A stretch of 64,000 bases of DNA from Selaginella moellendorffii (taxonomy: Eukaryota > Plantae > Lycopodiophyta), in contig NW_003314290.1 of NCBI RefSeq assembly GCF_000143415.4, forward strand, positions 434,001 to 498,000, given 5' to 3'. The first letter of the stretch is position 1; every line of letters begins with the position of its first letter. The translations under genes were made by a program, and so were the position numbers. Below the pieces are notes generated by a model. That model did not search any database and was not told where the DNA came from. It saw only the letters and a list, made by a program, of their open reading frames with translations. Below are positions 26,201 through 37,222 of this stretch, in pieces.

Positions 26201-28361
26201 ATAGTTGTCAAGTCCTACAACTCATTGCTTGGTGCTTCCACACCTCCATCATTATCTGGGTCACCACACTCCAACTGCATGCCTTCCAGCTTAGGCCATG
26301 CCATTCCCACTTCCGTTGGGATTCCCTTGGCAAGGGGTTCTTATGAACCCACCATCATAACCTCCAGGTATTACACCTTGGCACATTTGGTGTCTCCACA
26401 CTATCGGCCCCACGAGCCTACCTTCATGACACTACTTATTAGTGTCTAGGTCTTTGCCAAGACCAATATAGTTATTCCTCATGCTAACTATCCGTTAGCA
26501 CCGCAACATAGAGTTCATACACAACTTTGTGTCAAAGTTGTTTTTCTTCCAGGAAACTCTTTCCCATGACTTTAGCATGGCACCTTCTGCCATCAATGAG
26601 ATACATACTGCTCTCATGATTATTCCTTGACTCTATTGGAGTCATTCAACCTTTTTGACTTTGTTAATCCGACGACCTATGACGTCCTACTTTTGAGGTG
26701 CTAACTCACTGGAATACAACTCCTTGTATTCATGTCCTACTCACAAGGACCATCTTTTGCAAGTGTTACTTCGACACTTGATTTGTTCTCTAGGGGCAAC
26801 CTTTCGCCCCTTAGGACCACTTGTCCATGTGATGAGAATACCAACTCATCCTCTAAATACACCCCCAACTCCTTGGGTTGTTCCAGCATTTATTAGAGGT
26901 AGCTCCGGCTACCATTTCAAGGACTTGTGTCCTTTTCTGTATTTGACCTCCTGCGGTCATTACTTTTGGTCTCAAATTCATGAGCACCAGCCTCAACTTC
27001 ATGAGGGTAATCTTGTGACTCCTTTATTGTTTTGGAGTCTGCATCTTGCCCGTGATCCTAACGATAGTTGTTTATTACAACTACATTAGCCCGTTTGCTG
27101 CATCAAACACTCATCTGGATCACATCCTCAACTCTCTGAGGAAACCCTTACACTGTTCCCAAGATCCCAAAGTCGTTCCATTATTGGCCCTTTTCTATCC
27201 ACCATGTTGTCTACAAGCTCACACATGAACTGTAATGGAGAGCCATGTCTTCCCGACCTGCTACTCCTCAAGGATAGGCCCACTCCTCGGACCTTTTGAT
27301 GCCAACACCAGTGGTGATATACTTGAGCACCAATAAAAGTTGGACTAAGGAACAGTTCCGATACCAAGTTGTAAGTGACTAAATTTTTCCATTTTACTTT
27401 AGTCACTTAACCGCACCTCCGACCACTTGGAGGAGTCTCACTCACAACCTCCTTAAGTCCAATTCAGGACTTGGGACTTGCTAGTCCCAAGAATGGCATC
27501 CATGCCACTCCTCCCTTGCACTTGATCCAAGTGCTCCACGTGTCTAGTCCCAAGACCGACACCCAAAGGTACCACTGACATATTGGCCCGTTATGCTAAG
27601 GCCATGCCCATTCACCTTTGCCGCACTGGTGGTCCAATACCACTTGCATCACCATCTTGTCTCTCCAAGACTGGGCCATCTATCCACGAGTGATTATCCC
27701 AGATCCACTCCTTAGCATCCTTAGGATGCCCACAGACATGGGGAATAGCCTTCCCCAACATCCCTTTGTCAATTTCTGCCAAGTCCCTTTTCCGTCAATA
27801 GCCATGTTCACCAACACTGCCACTAGATCAAGGCCCGCAGGCCCGGCCACTAAGTCCCATTGTCCTCTGGGACTTCCTCACCATGTGACCGTATCCATAG
27901 TAACTACACTAGAGGACTGCTCCTCCTCCTTTCCCCCATTTGGGACTTCGGGACAACATTTTGGAACACCGTGGCCCTATGTGAGCCCCGTGGGTACTCT
28001 CCCCACCTTCCGCCTTTAGGTGCTCTAGCCATGGGCTTAGAGCGAAGTTCCGTTGAGCCACACCAGGTATCCAAGTAGGTAGTGCCACCCACACTTGGAC
28101 TGGGAGCATCGGCCAGTCGATCTCCCGGGGGAACTAGAGCCAGCTCTTGAACACTTCACCAAGCTACTCTGCTTGTCGGTCCATATTCACTCTAGTCTTG
28201 GACTTCCCAATGGTCAATTCATCACCCAACACTAGGTCTGGCCTTCCTGGGCCAAACTGGCCTTTCCTGGCCAAACTGGCTCCACTGCAGTCCTCCCCCT
28301 TACTATACTTTTGGAGCTCACCAAACCCCCCAGGGTCTGGGAGACGAACGCTTTGGGCTTT

Positions 28362-30175
28362 TGTGAGACACAAAATCCCTAGGCCCCAAAGTGGAGCCGG
28401 AAGGGCGCCACATGGTAGTGGCCGAAGCGAGAGCCAAACGAGCGTAACACGTTTGGACCAAAAGCTCCGACTTGAAAAGTCAAGAGCGGGAGTGGAACTC
28501 CCAACGAAGTGCTCGAGGAACGAGCACGAAGCGAGCAAAAGGCAAGGCTCCAAAAAGGGACCCAAAAGGACCAACACATGACACATGGGAGTGTCCGNNN
28601 NNNNNNNNNNNNNNNNNNNNNNNNNNNNNNNNNNNNNNNNNNNNNNNNNNNNNNNNNNNNNNNNNNNNNNNNNNNNNNNNNNNNNNNNNNNNNNNNNNNN
28701 NNNNNNNNNNNNNNNNNNNNNNNNNNNNNNNNNNNNNNNNNNNNNNNNNNNNNNNNNNNNNNNNNNNNNNNNNNNNNNNNNNNNNNNNNNNNNNNNNNNN
28801 NNNNNNNNNNNNNNNNNNNNNNNNNNNNNNNNNNNNNNNNNNNNNNNNNNNNNNNNNNNNNNNNNNNNNNNNNNNNNNNNNNNNNNNNNNNNNAGTCCGA
28901 GATGGAGTCCGAGATGGAGTCCGAGATGGAGTCCGAGATGGACCCGAGATGGAGTCCGAGATGGAGTCCGAGATGGACCCGAGATGGACCCGAGATGGAG
29001 TCCGAGATGGAGTCCGAGATGGAGTCCGAAGTCAAGACCGAGACCGGGACCGAGACCGAGACTGAGACTGAGACCGAGATCGGGACCGAGACCGAGACCG
29101 AGGCCGAGGCCGAGACCGAGCCCGAGCCCGAGTCCGAGTCCGAGTCCGAGTCCGAGTCCAAGTCCGAGTCCGGAGCCTGAGAGGGTGAAAGCCCAAAGCG
29201 TTCGTCTCCCAGACCCTGGGGGGTTTGGTGAGCTCCAAAAGTATAGTAGGGGGAGGACTGCAGTGGAGCCAGTTTGGCCAGGAAGGGCCAGTTTGGCCCA
29301 GGAAGGCCGGACCCAGTGTTGGGTGATGAGCTGCCCACTGGGAAGTCCAAGACTAGAGTGAACACAGACCGACAAGCGGGGTAGCTTGGTGAAGTGTTCA
29401 AGAGCCGGCTCTAGTTCCCCCGGGAGATCGACTGGCCGATGCTCCCAGTCCAAGTGTGGGTGGCACTACCTACTTGGATACCTGGTGTGGCTCAACGGAA
29501 CCCGCTCTAAGCCCATGGCTAGAGCACCCAAGGGCAGAAGACGAGGAGAGTACCCAGGTGGCTCGCGTAAGGCCACGGTGTTCCGAAATGTTGTCCCAAA
29601 GGCCCAGACTGTAGAAAGGAAGAGGAGCAGTCCTCTAGGGTAGTGACCAAGGACACAGTCGTGTGGTGAGGAAGTCCCAGAGGACCGTGGGACTTAGTGG
29701 TCGGGCCTGTGGGTCTCGATCCAGTGGCAGTGTTGGCAAACACGGCCAGGGGCAGAAAGGGACTTAGTGGGGACTGACAGAGGGATATTGGGGAAGGCTA
29801 TTCCCCCTGTCGGTGGGCACCCTAAGGATGCTAAGGAGTGGATCTGAGATGACCACTCACGGAAGGTTTGTCTAGTCTTGGAGAGCCAAGACGGTGATGC
29901 AAGTGGTATTGGACTACCAGTGTGGCAAAGGTGATTGGGCATAGCCTTAGCGTAACGGGCTGCTATGTCGGTGGTACCTTTGAGCGTCGGTCATGGGATC
30001 GGACACGTGGAGCACTTGGACCAAGTGCAAATGTTGAGTGGCATGGATGCCATTCTCGGGGCTAGCAAGTCCCAAGTCCTGGGTTGGACTTATGGAGGTT
30101 GCGAATGAGACTCCTCCAAGTGGTCAGAGGTGTGGTTAAGTGACTAAAGTAGAATGGAAAATTTAGTCGCTTACA
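28362..30175 (+). mobile_element. Same-family LTR inserted in opposite orientation into the host LTR (solo LTR, or collapsed across the gap)
   Basis: Starts TGTGAGACA, ends GCTTACA; perfect 5-bp TSD GCTTT at 28357-28361 and 30176-30180; host LTR resumes at 30181. Confidence 0.88.
28598..28893. other. Assembly gap
   Basis: Run of N at the LTR tandem array. Confidence 1.
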
Positions 30176-31547
30176 GCTTTCACCCTCTTAGACTCGAACT
30201 TGGACTCGGATTCGGACTCGAATTCGGACTCGGACTCAGACTCGGACTCGGACTCGGTCTCGGCCTCGGCCTCGGTCTCGGCCTCGGTCTCGGTCTCGGT
30301 CCCGGTCTTGGTCCCGGTCTTGGTCCCGGTCTCAATCTCGACTTCGAACTCCATCTCGACTTCGAACTCCATCTCGGGTCCATCTCGGACTCCACCTCAG
30401 ACTCCATCTCGGGTCCATCTCGGACTCCATCTCGGACTCCATCTCGGACTCCATCTCAGGTCCATCTCGGACTCCACCTCGGGTCCATCTCGGACTCCAC
30501 CTCAGGTCCATCTCGGACTCCATCTCGGGTCCATCTCAGACTCCATCTCGGACTCCACCTCGGGTCCATCTCGGACTCCATCTCGGGTCCGTTTTGGGTC
30601 CATCTCGGACTCCGTCTCGGGTCCGTCTCGGACTCAATCTCGAATCCATCTTGGGTCCACCTCGAACTTCACCTCGGACTCCAACCTCGGACTCCATCTC
30701 GGGGTCCTCTCGGACTCCACTTCGGACTCCAACGCAAGTCCATCTCGGGTCCATCTCGAACACTTCCACGTGTCATGTATTAGTCCTTTTGGGTCCCTTT
30801 TTGGATCCTCGCTTATTGCTCGCTTCATACTCATTCCTCGAGCACTTCGTTGGGAGTTCCACTCCCACTCTCAACCTTTTCAAGTCGGAGCTTTTAGTCC
30901 AAACGTGTTACGCTCGTTTGGCTTTCACTTCGGCCACTACCACATGGCACCCTTTCGGCTCCACTTTTGAGCCTAGGGATTTTGTGTCTCACAATATTGC
31001 ATTTTCCACTTTTTGTTGCACATCCTTTAGCTCCACTTCCTATAGAAGATATATATGCCACAAATTTTTCCTTTCTAATTTACTAACTTACTTTATTTAT
31101 CTGACCACCACGGCCTTGGTGTTCATCAAATTCCCTTGTCAAAGTTCCCACATATTGTACCAGTTCTTACTTGGTCCTATGTGGTTTTAACAACTCACTA
31201 CACAAGCAATAGAGCGTTAATCATCCATCCATGGATTCCTAAATTCTCTCTTAATCCCCCTCCTTAGGTTAGACTAAATTTAAGGTTCAATTACACTCCC
31301 CACAAATACACCAAACTTCCAAGTTCCTAACATCCTTTGGTATAACAAGGCTTGATCATGGGACTCTCTAAATCCCAAGCCTTGGGTGCAACACTTGCTT
31401 TAGGACACTAGGGGAAACACTATGGCTTAATGGCCCAATATAGATACTCCTACTCCCCCACTTCTATCCCGAAGGGAAAGCCCAATCCCTTAGGAAGGGC
31501 AAAGACTAATGAGCCGTAAGATACTCAAGTGGGGCACCACTCTACAT

Positions 31548-32010
31548 GAGTTGGGAGCACCACAGTCAGTTTCCCTTCCAAGAGTAGATGTTGCTTTTGA
31601 ACACTTCCTTAAGTGGCCCCTCTAGCACCACTTGAGTCCATCCTCACTCCCACCCAATGCCCCTAAGCCCCAATTTCAACCTCAAGTCAATTTGAAAGCA
31701 CCATTGGAGAGTTTCTTCGAGACTAATTCTTGGACTTCACTATCCCTACTATATTTTTGGAACCCCTTGCAGCCCCTCCCCCCTTGGGAGATACAGGCTT
31801 TGTGCTTTCACCCCATGATCTGTATTAGTATTCGAACTCGATCTTGGACTCAGTTTTGAACCCAATTTCGCATCTCAGACTCAGTCTCGAATTTGGTCTT
31901 GGACTCAGTCTTAAATTTGGTCTTAGAGTTGGTTTTGGACTCGATCTCGGACTTAGTCTGTAACTAAGTCTTATAATCGGTCTTGGACTTAATCTTGGAT
32001 TTGGTCTCAT
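31548..32010. mobile_element. Highly diverged relative of the long LTR
   Basis: Blocks tgggagca..., ttgaacacttc, ctactatatttttgga, ctttg(t/g)gctttcaccc followed by an eroded hexamer array, in the same order as 22330-22780. Confidence 0.6.
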
Positions 32011-32214
32011 CCGATGAACTTTTTAACATTTCGGTCGTGCTTTTTAGAGATTTTTTAACCTACGACACATTGGGGAGTTGGTTGTTTATAGCAATGTGAT
32101 ATTATCTGGTATGTGCATAATTATGTTTGGTGCTAAGCTCATAATACTCCCCCTTGTGCTACAAAAGGATGGATAGAGTTAATTGTAGTTTCCTATTCAT
32201 TTAAGTTGGTGGCA

Positions 32215-32920
32215 TTTGATTGGATGGAGCATTTTTCACAATCAACTACTGGCAATGAGTATATTATTATTGCTTATAACTATTTAACTCATAGGGTGGA
32301 AGTATGTGCTTTTATTAACATGTTTGCAACTACTATTGGATACTTCCTTCTCAATTGAGTAAAATTCCTATTTAGATAATGATCCCGCATTTATAGCTAA
32401 AGCATTTTATGTTTTGACATCTTGGTTGGGGATACACCACACTTTCACAAGTGGTTATCATCCATAATCAAACAGTTTGATGAAATGACTTGTTTGGACC
32501 TTCAAAAGGATGATTGTGAAATACATAAATTTTCAATATTCAAATTGGGATGGTTATTTTGCATCTCTTCGGTGTATATATGTCATAGGGGTGTAGAGTT
32601 TTATTGATGCTTTACCATATAAACTCCTATATGATTATAATCCAATACTACCAATAGAGTTGGGTTTACCTTTATGATTGTTATGAGTTACCAATGCTAA
32701 GTCATGATTAATATTTGAGAAATATTTTTCCACTTGTCCAAATAGAGTTTGCCGAACACTTAGGTTGTATACAAGTGGAATAACAACGACACTATAACTA
32801 TTGTCCACATGTAGAGTACAAAATGGATGATTTGGTATTAGTTTATTTTCTGAATCTTACAATATATATTTATTTAAAAGGCTTTTTGCTCAGTGGAAAG
32901 GACCATATTGAGTGTTGCGG
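32215..32920 (+). pseudogene. Gypsy integrase remnant
   Basis: Fragments DWMEHFSQSTTGNEYIIIAYNYLTHRVEV, LDNDPAFI, PYKLLYDYNPILPIE and WKGPY (GPY/F motif), interrupted by stops. Confidence 0.7.
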
Positions 32921-33513
32921 CAAATTGGACTACCAGTTTATGAGGTTTGGCATGACATCTAACAAGCTAATCCTCTAGAATTATACATGTGCAACAAGAG
33001 AAATGTTTTATACAAAGAAATTAGGAATAATTGGCACCACTTATAGATACACCAATACCTCCTCCTAATGTCTTTTAAAATCTCAACCCATCCAGAAAAG
33101 AATCTTGATGGTCTTTCATTATTCCAAGACGAAGTGATGATGTATAGTTCAAATATATAGCTACAATGCTATATACTAATATTCATATAGTGGGATTTTG
33201 GTGGTTATTGGATTTGTTTCAATTTGGACCACTCCCTTTTATATATAAGTTAAGGTTTTTGGGTTAATTAATATACACATTTCTGTATTCCATTTCCATA
33301 TTCCATGCACTCACACCATCTTTATAATTATAATGTTAGTATGTCAACATTTAAGAAATAATTTTGATGAGTTATATTATATTTGATTCTTATATAAAGC
33401 AAATAAAAAAATTTATTTATCATAGTATATATAATTTTACTTATGTCTTTGTATTTTACCAATTATTAATCCTGTATAGGTTATATTATATTTGAGTCTT
33501 CTAAAAATAATAA

Positions 33514-33688
33514 TGTGAGGGCCAAGTGTACGGTTACGATGCCGTATACTAATATTAGCGTAGTGGGATTTTGGTAGCCATCATATTGGTTTCAATGCGG
33601 ACCACTCGCTCCTGTATATAAACTAGGGTTTTTGGGCTAATTGAAATGCACATTTCTGTATTCCTGTTCCATATTCCATGCACTCACA
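33514..33688 (+). mobile_element. Solo LTR of the short-LTR Gypsy family
   Basis: TGTGAG...CTCACA termini; ATAA on both sides (4-bp TSD). Confidence 0.8.
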
Positions 33689-33953
33689 ATAACAAATTTT
33701 ACTTATTATAACACATATAATTTTATATATCTTTTTGCATTTTAGCAATTATTAATCCTGTATAAACATCAATCTTCACATATAACATTTTAAACTAAAA
33801 GGATATAAAATATTGACTTTAAATGTTTTCATATGAAAACTTCCTTTTGATTATAAAAAATGAAAAAATAATAAATCTTGCCAAAATGGTATAATTTGGC
33901 TTGGCAAGTTACATTTCCTTGTATCAAGGAAGAAAAGGAAGATGAAGAATCTC

Positions 33954-34304
33954 TCAAAATCTCGCCCTTCGAAACCTGTTCTTGAGCCAACCGATTACAC
34001 CACCACCCCTGGACAACGAACAAGACGAAGACTTTCGCCGCTGCTCCTCCCTGTGGCTGCCACTCCTGTTCATCACCGTCGAAGACTTTGCACTGCTGCG
34101 ATGGTGGTGGCCTTGGTGATCGTCGTCGCTGTCCAGAACCATGATCGTCTTCTTTGTGATCCCATCGCCCTTGCCGCCCCTGGTGTTGCTACTGCTAAAT
34201 CTCTGCGCCGGCTCCACCGCGTTGTTGAGGCCCAGCGAGTCGGCCCAGCTCCGCCCCGACGATCCCTGCCTCCTGATCGACACCCCCCGGCTGAGAGAAG
34301 CCAT
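33954..34304 (-). CDS. MASS-like small protein, copy 2
   Basis: MASLSRGVSIRRQGSSGRSWADS...GVIGWLKNRFRRARF*; close paralog of 18174-18476. Confidence 0.8.
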   Translation of the reverse strand: MASLSRGVSIRRQGSSGRSWADSLGLNNAVEPAQRFSSSNTRGGKGDGITKKTIMVLDSDDDHQGHHHRSSAKSSTVMNRSGSHREEQRRKSSSCSLSRGGGVIGWLKNRFRRARF

Positions 34305-35006
34305 TGATGGACGTCGATTGGTGGTGAATGGTTCTTCTTACGATGTTGTTGCGGTCGTGATCTTGGCGGTGATGGTACTGCCCTGCGAATCCGATTAAAG
34401 TAAAGCCAGATTCACGAGAAAACAGAAGGAACACAAAGCCGATCACATTTCATGTTTTCTACGAAGAAATGAGTTCTCTCCAAGAAGCCAGTTTAGATCA
34501 CAAGAGAGGAAGTGGAGTCTAGGAGACAACAGAGAAAACGTGTAAAAACAAACTTCTATCACTGGAACGCATCCAACACAGAGAGCTAAACGAACACTCC
34601 CACGGTACCTGACAGTGAAAGCAAATCCTGAGCGCGAATTTAAATCGGCACAATCGCTGCCATCGCCGCTGCCAGACTAGAAGACACACATCGGGATAAT
34701 TTCCTCTATACTGGAACTTCAGGCATAGAACCCTATTTTCTCGACCCAGAAAGCCGCCACCGCCACCGCGCTAGCTCGAATCCTCGCTTGTCGCTCGCCG
34801 CAAAGCAAGAGAGGCATTCTATAGATTGCCGCAAAGCAAGAGAGGCTAGTCTAGATTTAAGGGCATTGTCCTCGCTGTTGCGCGTAAGTCCCGGTCTAAA
34901 GCGACTGGGTGTTGCGTTGCATGTCAAACACCATTGTCGATGGCGGGCTTGTCGTGGAGCTATGCTGACTTGCAAGGTGAACGCATTGAGGAAGGTGGGA
35001 CGCAAT

Positions 35007-35088
35007 GTGGATGTGCCGGAGTGGTTATCGGGCATGACTCGAAATCATGTGGGCTCTGCCCGCGCAGGTTCGAATCCTGCCATCCACG
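35007..35088 (+). tRNA. tRNA-Ser(CGA)
   Basis: Same as the 17722 copy except one variable-loop base (gggctctgccc). Confidence 0.97.
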
Positions 35089-35395
35089 TATATCTTGCCA
35101 TTCCCTTTTTTTTGCTCCAATTGTTGCTTCTTCCATGTCCCTTGCTAGTGGCAATGGCCTGCGAGCTTGGTTTCGTTCTTCCTGGTGTTTTCTTTCGCGT
35201 TCTACAGCATGGAGTCTAATCAAAGCAAAGATCATGAGTGTTTACGTGGGCGATTCATGAAGAGAAGCGGGAAATCTTCGCGATCGTCTTGCCTCCACCA
35301 CCATCGCGAAGTCCTCGGTTTCTTCACTGGGAAGAGGTGGTGCCTTGAGAGTGGTCTACGATTTTGATGTCTTTCTTTTCAGATTCTAATGTGTT

Positions 35396-35673
35396 CTACA
35401 ATTTAGACGCTTTTCTCGAAGAGATTCTTCCTTTGAGCCAGCCAAGAACACGAGACTTCTAGCCTCCAGCACCTCGCAATGCACCATCCTGCGTGCTCCA
35501 TGGCGAAAGCATGGCTGGATCCTCACCATTCGTGATATCCGAGAGTCGCCCCCGCGGCTTGATTGATCCTGGAGTTTTTGTGGAACATCCCTTGCTCTGT
35601 AAACGTCCAGATCTTTGCCGGAAGATCCGAACATCCCTGCCTTCGACACGAGCCCCTCTCTTGAGCGTCGCCG
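35396..35673 (-). pseudogene. MASS-like pseudogene
   Basis: ATG lost and frameshift before RRQG, but ATLKRG, WTFTEQGMFH and LGWLKGRISSRKASK remain, matching 36884-37222. Confidence 0.75.
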
Positions 35674-35847
35674 AATTCCAACAAGAAATTGTGTCAAAAG
35701 CGATGAGATTCTAACCCCGCGAGAAACGATTGAGTTTCTATCGGAGGATCTACCGCTTGACTTAATCACGTCAATCGTTTGACCAGATCGTAAACTACGG
35801 CCACGAGATATCTTCACAATGTCTGTTGCCACGTCAAATCTTGCAAG

Positions 35848-35912
35848 GCCAGAGTGGTTATCGGGCAATCATGCGAGCTTCGCTCGCGCAGGTTCGAATC
35901 GTGCCATTCACG
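35848..35912 (+). pseudogene. tRNA-Ser-derived element lacking the anticodon loop
   Basis: gagtggttatcgggca-atcatgcgagcttcgctcgcgcaggttcgaatcgtgccattcacg: 9-nt deletion removes the anticodon, and the 5' acceptor strand is lost. Confidence 0.85.
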
Positions 35913-36129
35913 GAAGGAAGCTGTTTTGTTGACCTTGTTTTTACTGGCATGTGAGGCGTCTTGTTTGGCTTGCCAGGCTTTTGTCGACCAAATGCTGGAG
36001 AATCTTCCAACCATCCAGTCTAGCACGAACACACATTTGTATTTACATGGATTTGATTTTACTCTCTGATAGCAACATGGTACTTGTGAAGATCACTCCA
36101 AGAGCTCCACAAGCGAAAAGATCTCTGAT

Positions 36130-36477
36130 CTAAGTTCTAGAGATCTTTCTCATCCTCCCCTTGATCCAGCCAAGAACACCGTGATGAGATCTCTGGTGGA
36201 GATCGGTGGCGCCACCATCGAAGTCCCCTGGCGATCCCAACGCCGCCGATGCTCCTCCGGCCCCATGAGATCCTCCTCCAGTGCCGGACGAGCTGTGGTT
36301 GAGAGTGGAGGGATGAGACGAGGTCTCGTGATTGATGATCTCGCCGCCTTGTGCCCCGGATCCCAGCGCCCGAGACGTCTGGAACATCCCTTCCTCCGTG
36401 AATGCGCAGTTCTCGGCCCAGCTCAACCCCGACGATCCTTGCCTCCGGAAAGACACCCCTCGCTTGAGCGTCGCCAT
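36130..36477 (-). CDS. MASS-like small protein, copy 3
   Basis: MATLKRGVSFRRQGSSGLSWAENCAFTEEGMF...GVLGWIKGRMRKISRT*. Confidence 0.8.
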   Translation of the reverse strand: MATLKRGVSFRRQGSSGLSWAENCAFTEEGMFQTSRALGSGAQGGEIINHETSSHPSTLNHSSSGTGGGSHGAGGASAALGSPGDFDGGATDLHQRSHHGVLGWIKGRMRKISRT

Positions 36478-36719
36478 GGAAGACCCAAAGCAAAATAGCC
36501 ACGAGAATGCTATAGTACAATGTAGATATTGATGAGATCGAACTAAGATCAAGCTAGGGACAGAGATCGGAAAGCCATGAGTACAACAATGAAACAAAGA
36601 TCTTGTCTTCTTTTATAGCAAAACCATGTATTGACGGTCAATGAAAGTATATTCGATATGTTCGTAAAGTTAACCTAGTGGGAGTAAAATGTGTTTGTGC
36701 ATGTAGTTGACTGCAAGTT

Positions 36720-36801
36720 GTGGATGTGCCGGAGTGGTTATCGGGCATGACTCGAAATCATGTGGGCTTTGCCCGCGCAGGTTCGAATCCTGCCATCCAC
36801 G
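36720..36801 (+). tRNA. tRNA-Ser(CGA)
   Basis: Same sequence as the 17722 copy; T-run terminator follows immediately. Confidence 0.97.
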
Positions 36802-36883
36802 TTTTTCATTTTTTCTGCTTTGTATTTCTTCGATCTTGCTAAATTTTTTCATCTTTTTGATTCTAACGTTCCCGCAATGTGTT

Positions 36884-37222
36884 CTACGATTTAGATGCCT
36901 TTCTCGAAGAGATTCTTCCCTTGAGCCAGCCAAGAATGCTCCGGGATCGCGATTTCTGGCCTCCAGCGCCATCGCAATCCACCATCGCGTCCGCGCTGCG
37001 AAATTGGAGATGCTTCATCGATCCTCCCCCGTGGCCAGTGCTAGCGCTGCGACCAAGCGTGGCAGGATGCTCACGATTTGTGATCATCTGATCGCCCCTC
37101 GCAATTGCAGCTTTGGATTGATTGTGGAACATCCCCTCCTCTGTAAACGTCCAGTTCTCCGCCCAGCTCAATCCCGAAGATCCCTGCCTCCGAAACGAGA
37201 CGCCTCTCTTGAGCGTCGCCAT
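36884..37222 (-). CDS. MASS-like small protein, copy 4
   Basis: MATLKRGVSFRRQGSSGLSWAENWTFTEEGMF...LGRSAST...ILGWLKGRISSRKASKS*. Confidence 0.8.
   Translation of the reverse strand: MATLKRGVSFRRQGSSGLSWAENWTFTEEGMFHNQSKAAIARGDQMITNREHPATLGRSASTGHGGGSMKHLQFRSADAMVDCDGAGGQKSRSRSILGWLKGRISSRKASKS

Larger units (their letters stand above)
21604..30993 (-). mobile_element. Long-LTR retrotransposon, probably non-autonomous; LTRs ~1.8 kb with internal tandem repeats
   Basis: LTR 21604-23447 and interrupted LTR 27370-30993, both TGTAAG...CTCACA on +. Minus-strand PBS TGGTATCGGAAC next to 27370; purine-rich tract next to 23447; flanks acatt/atatt; no intact gag/pol ORF inside. Confidence 0.85.
20601..33315 (+). 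mobile_element. Old degenerate Gypsy LTR retrotransposon, host of the nested insertions
   Basis: 5' LTR 20601-20767 followed by PBS TGGTGGAGATG (complementary to a tRNA-Ala 3' end); 3' LTR 33141-33315; flanks ctat/ccat; integrase remnant before the 3' LTR. Confidence 0.75.
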
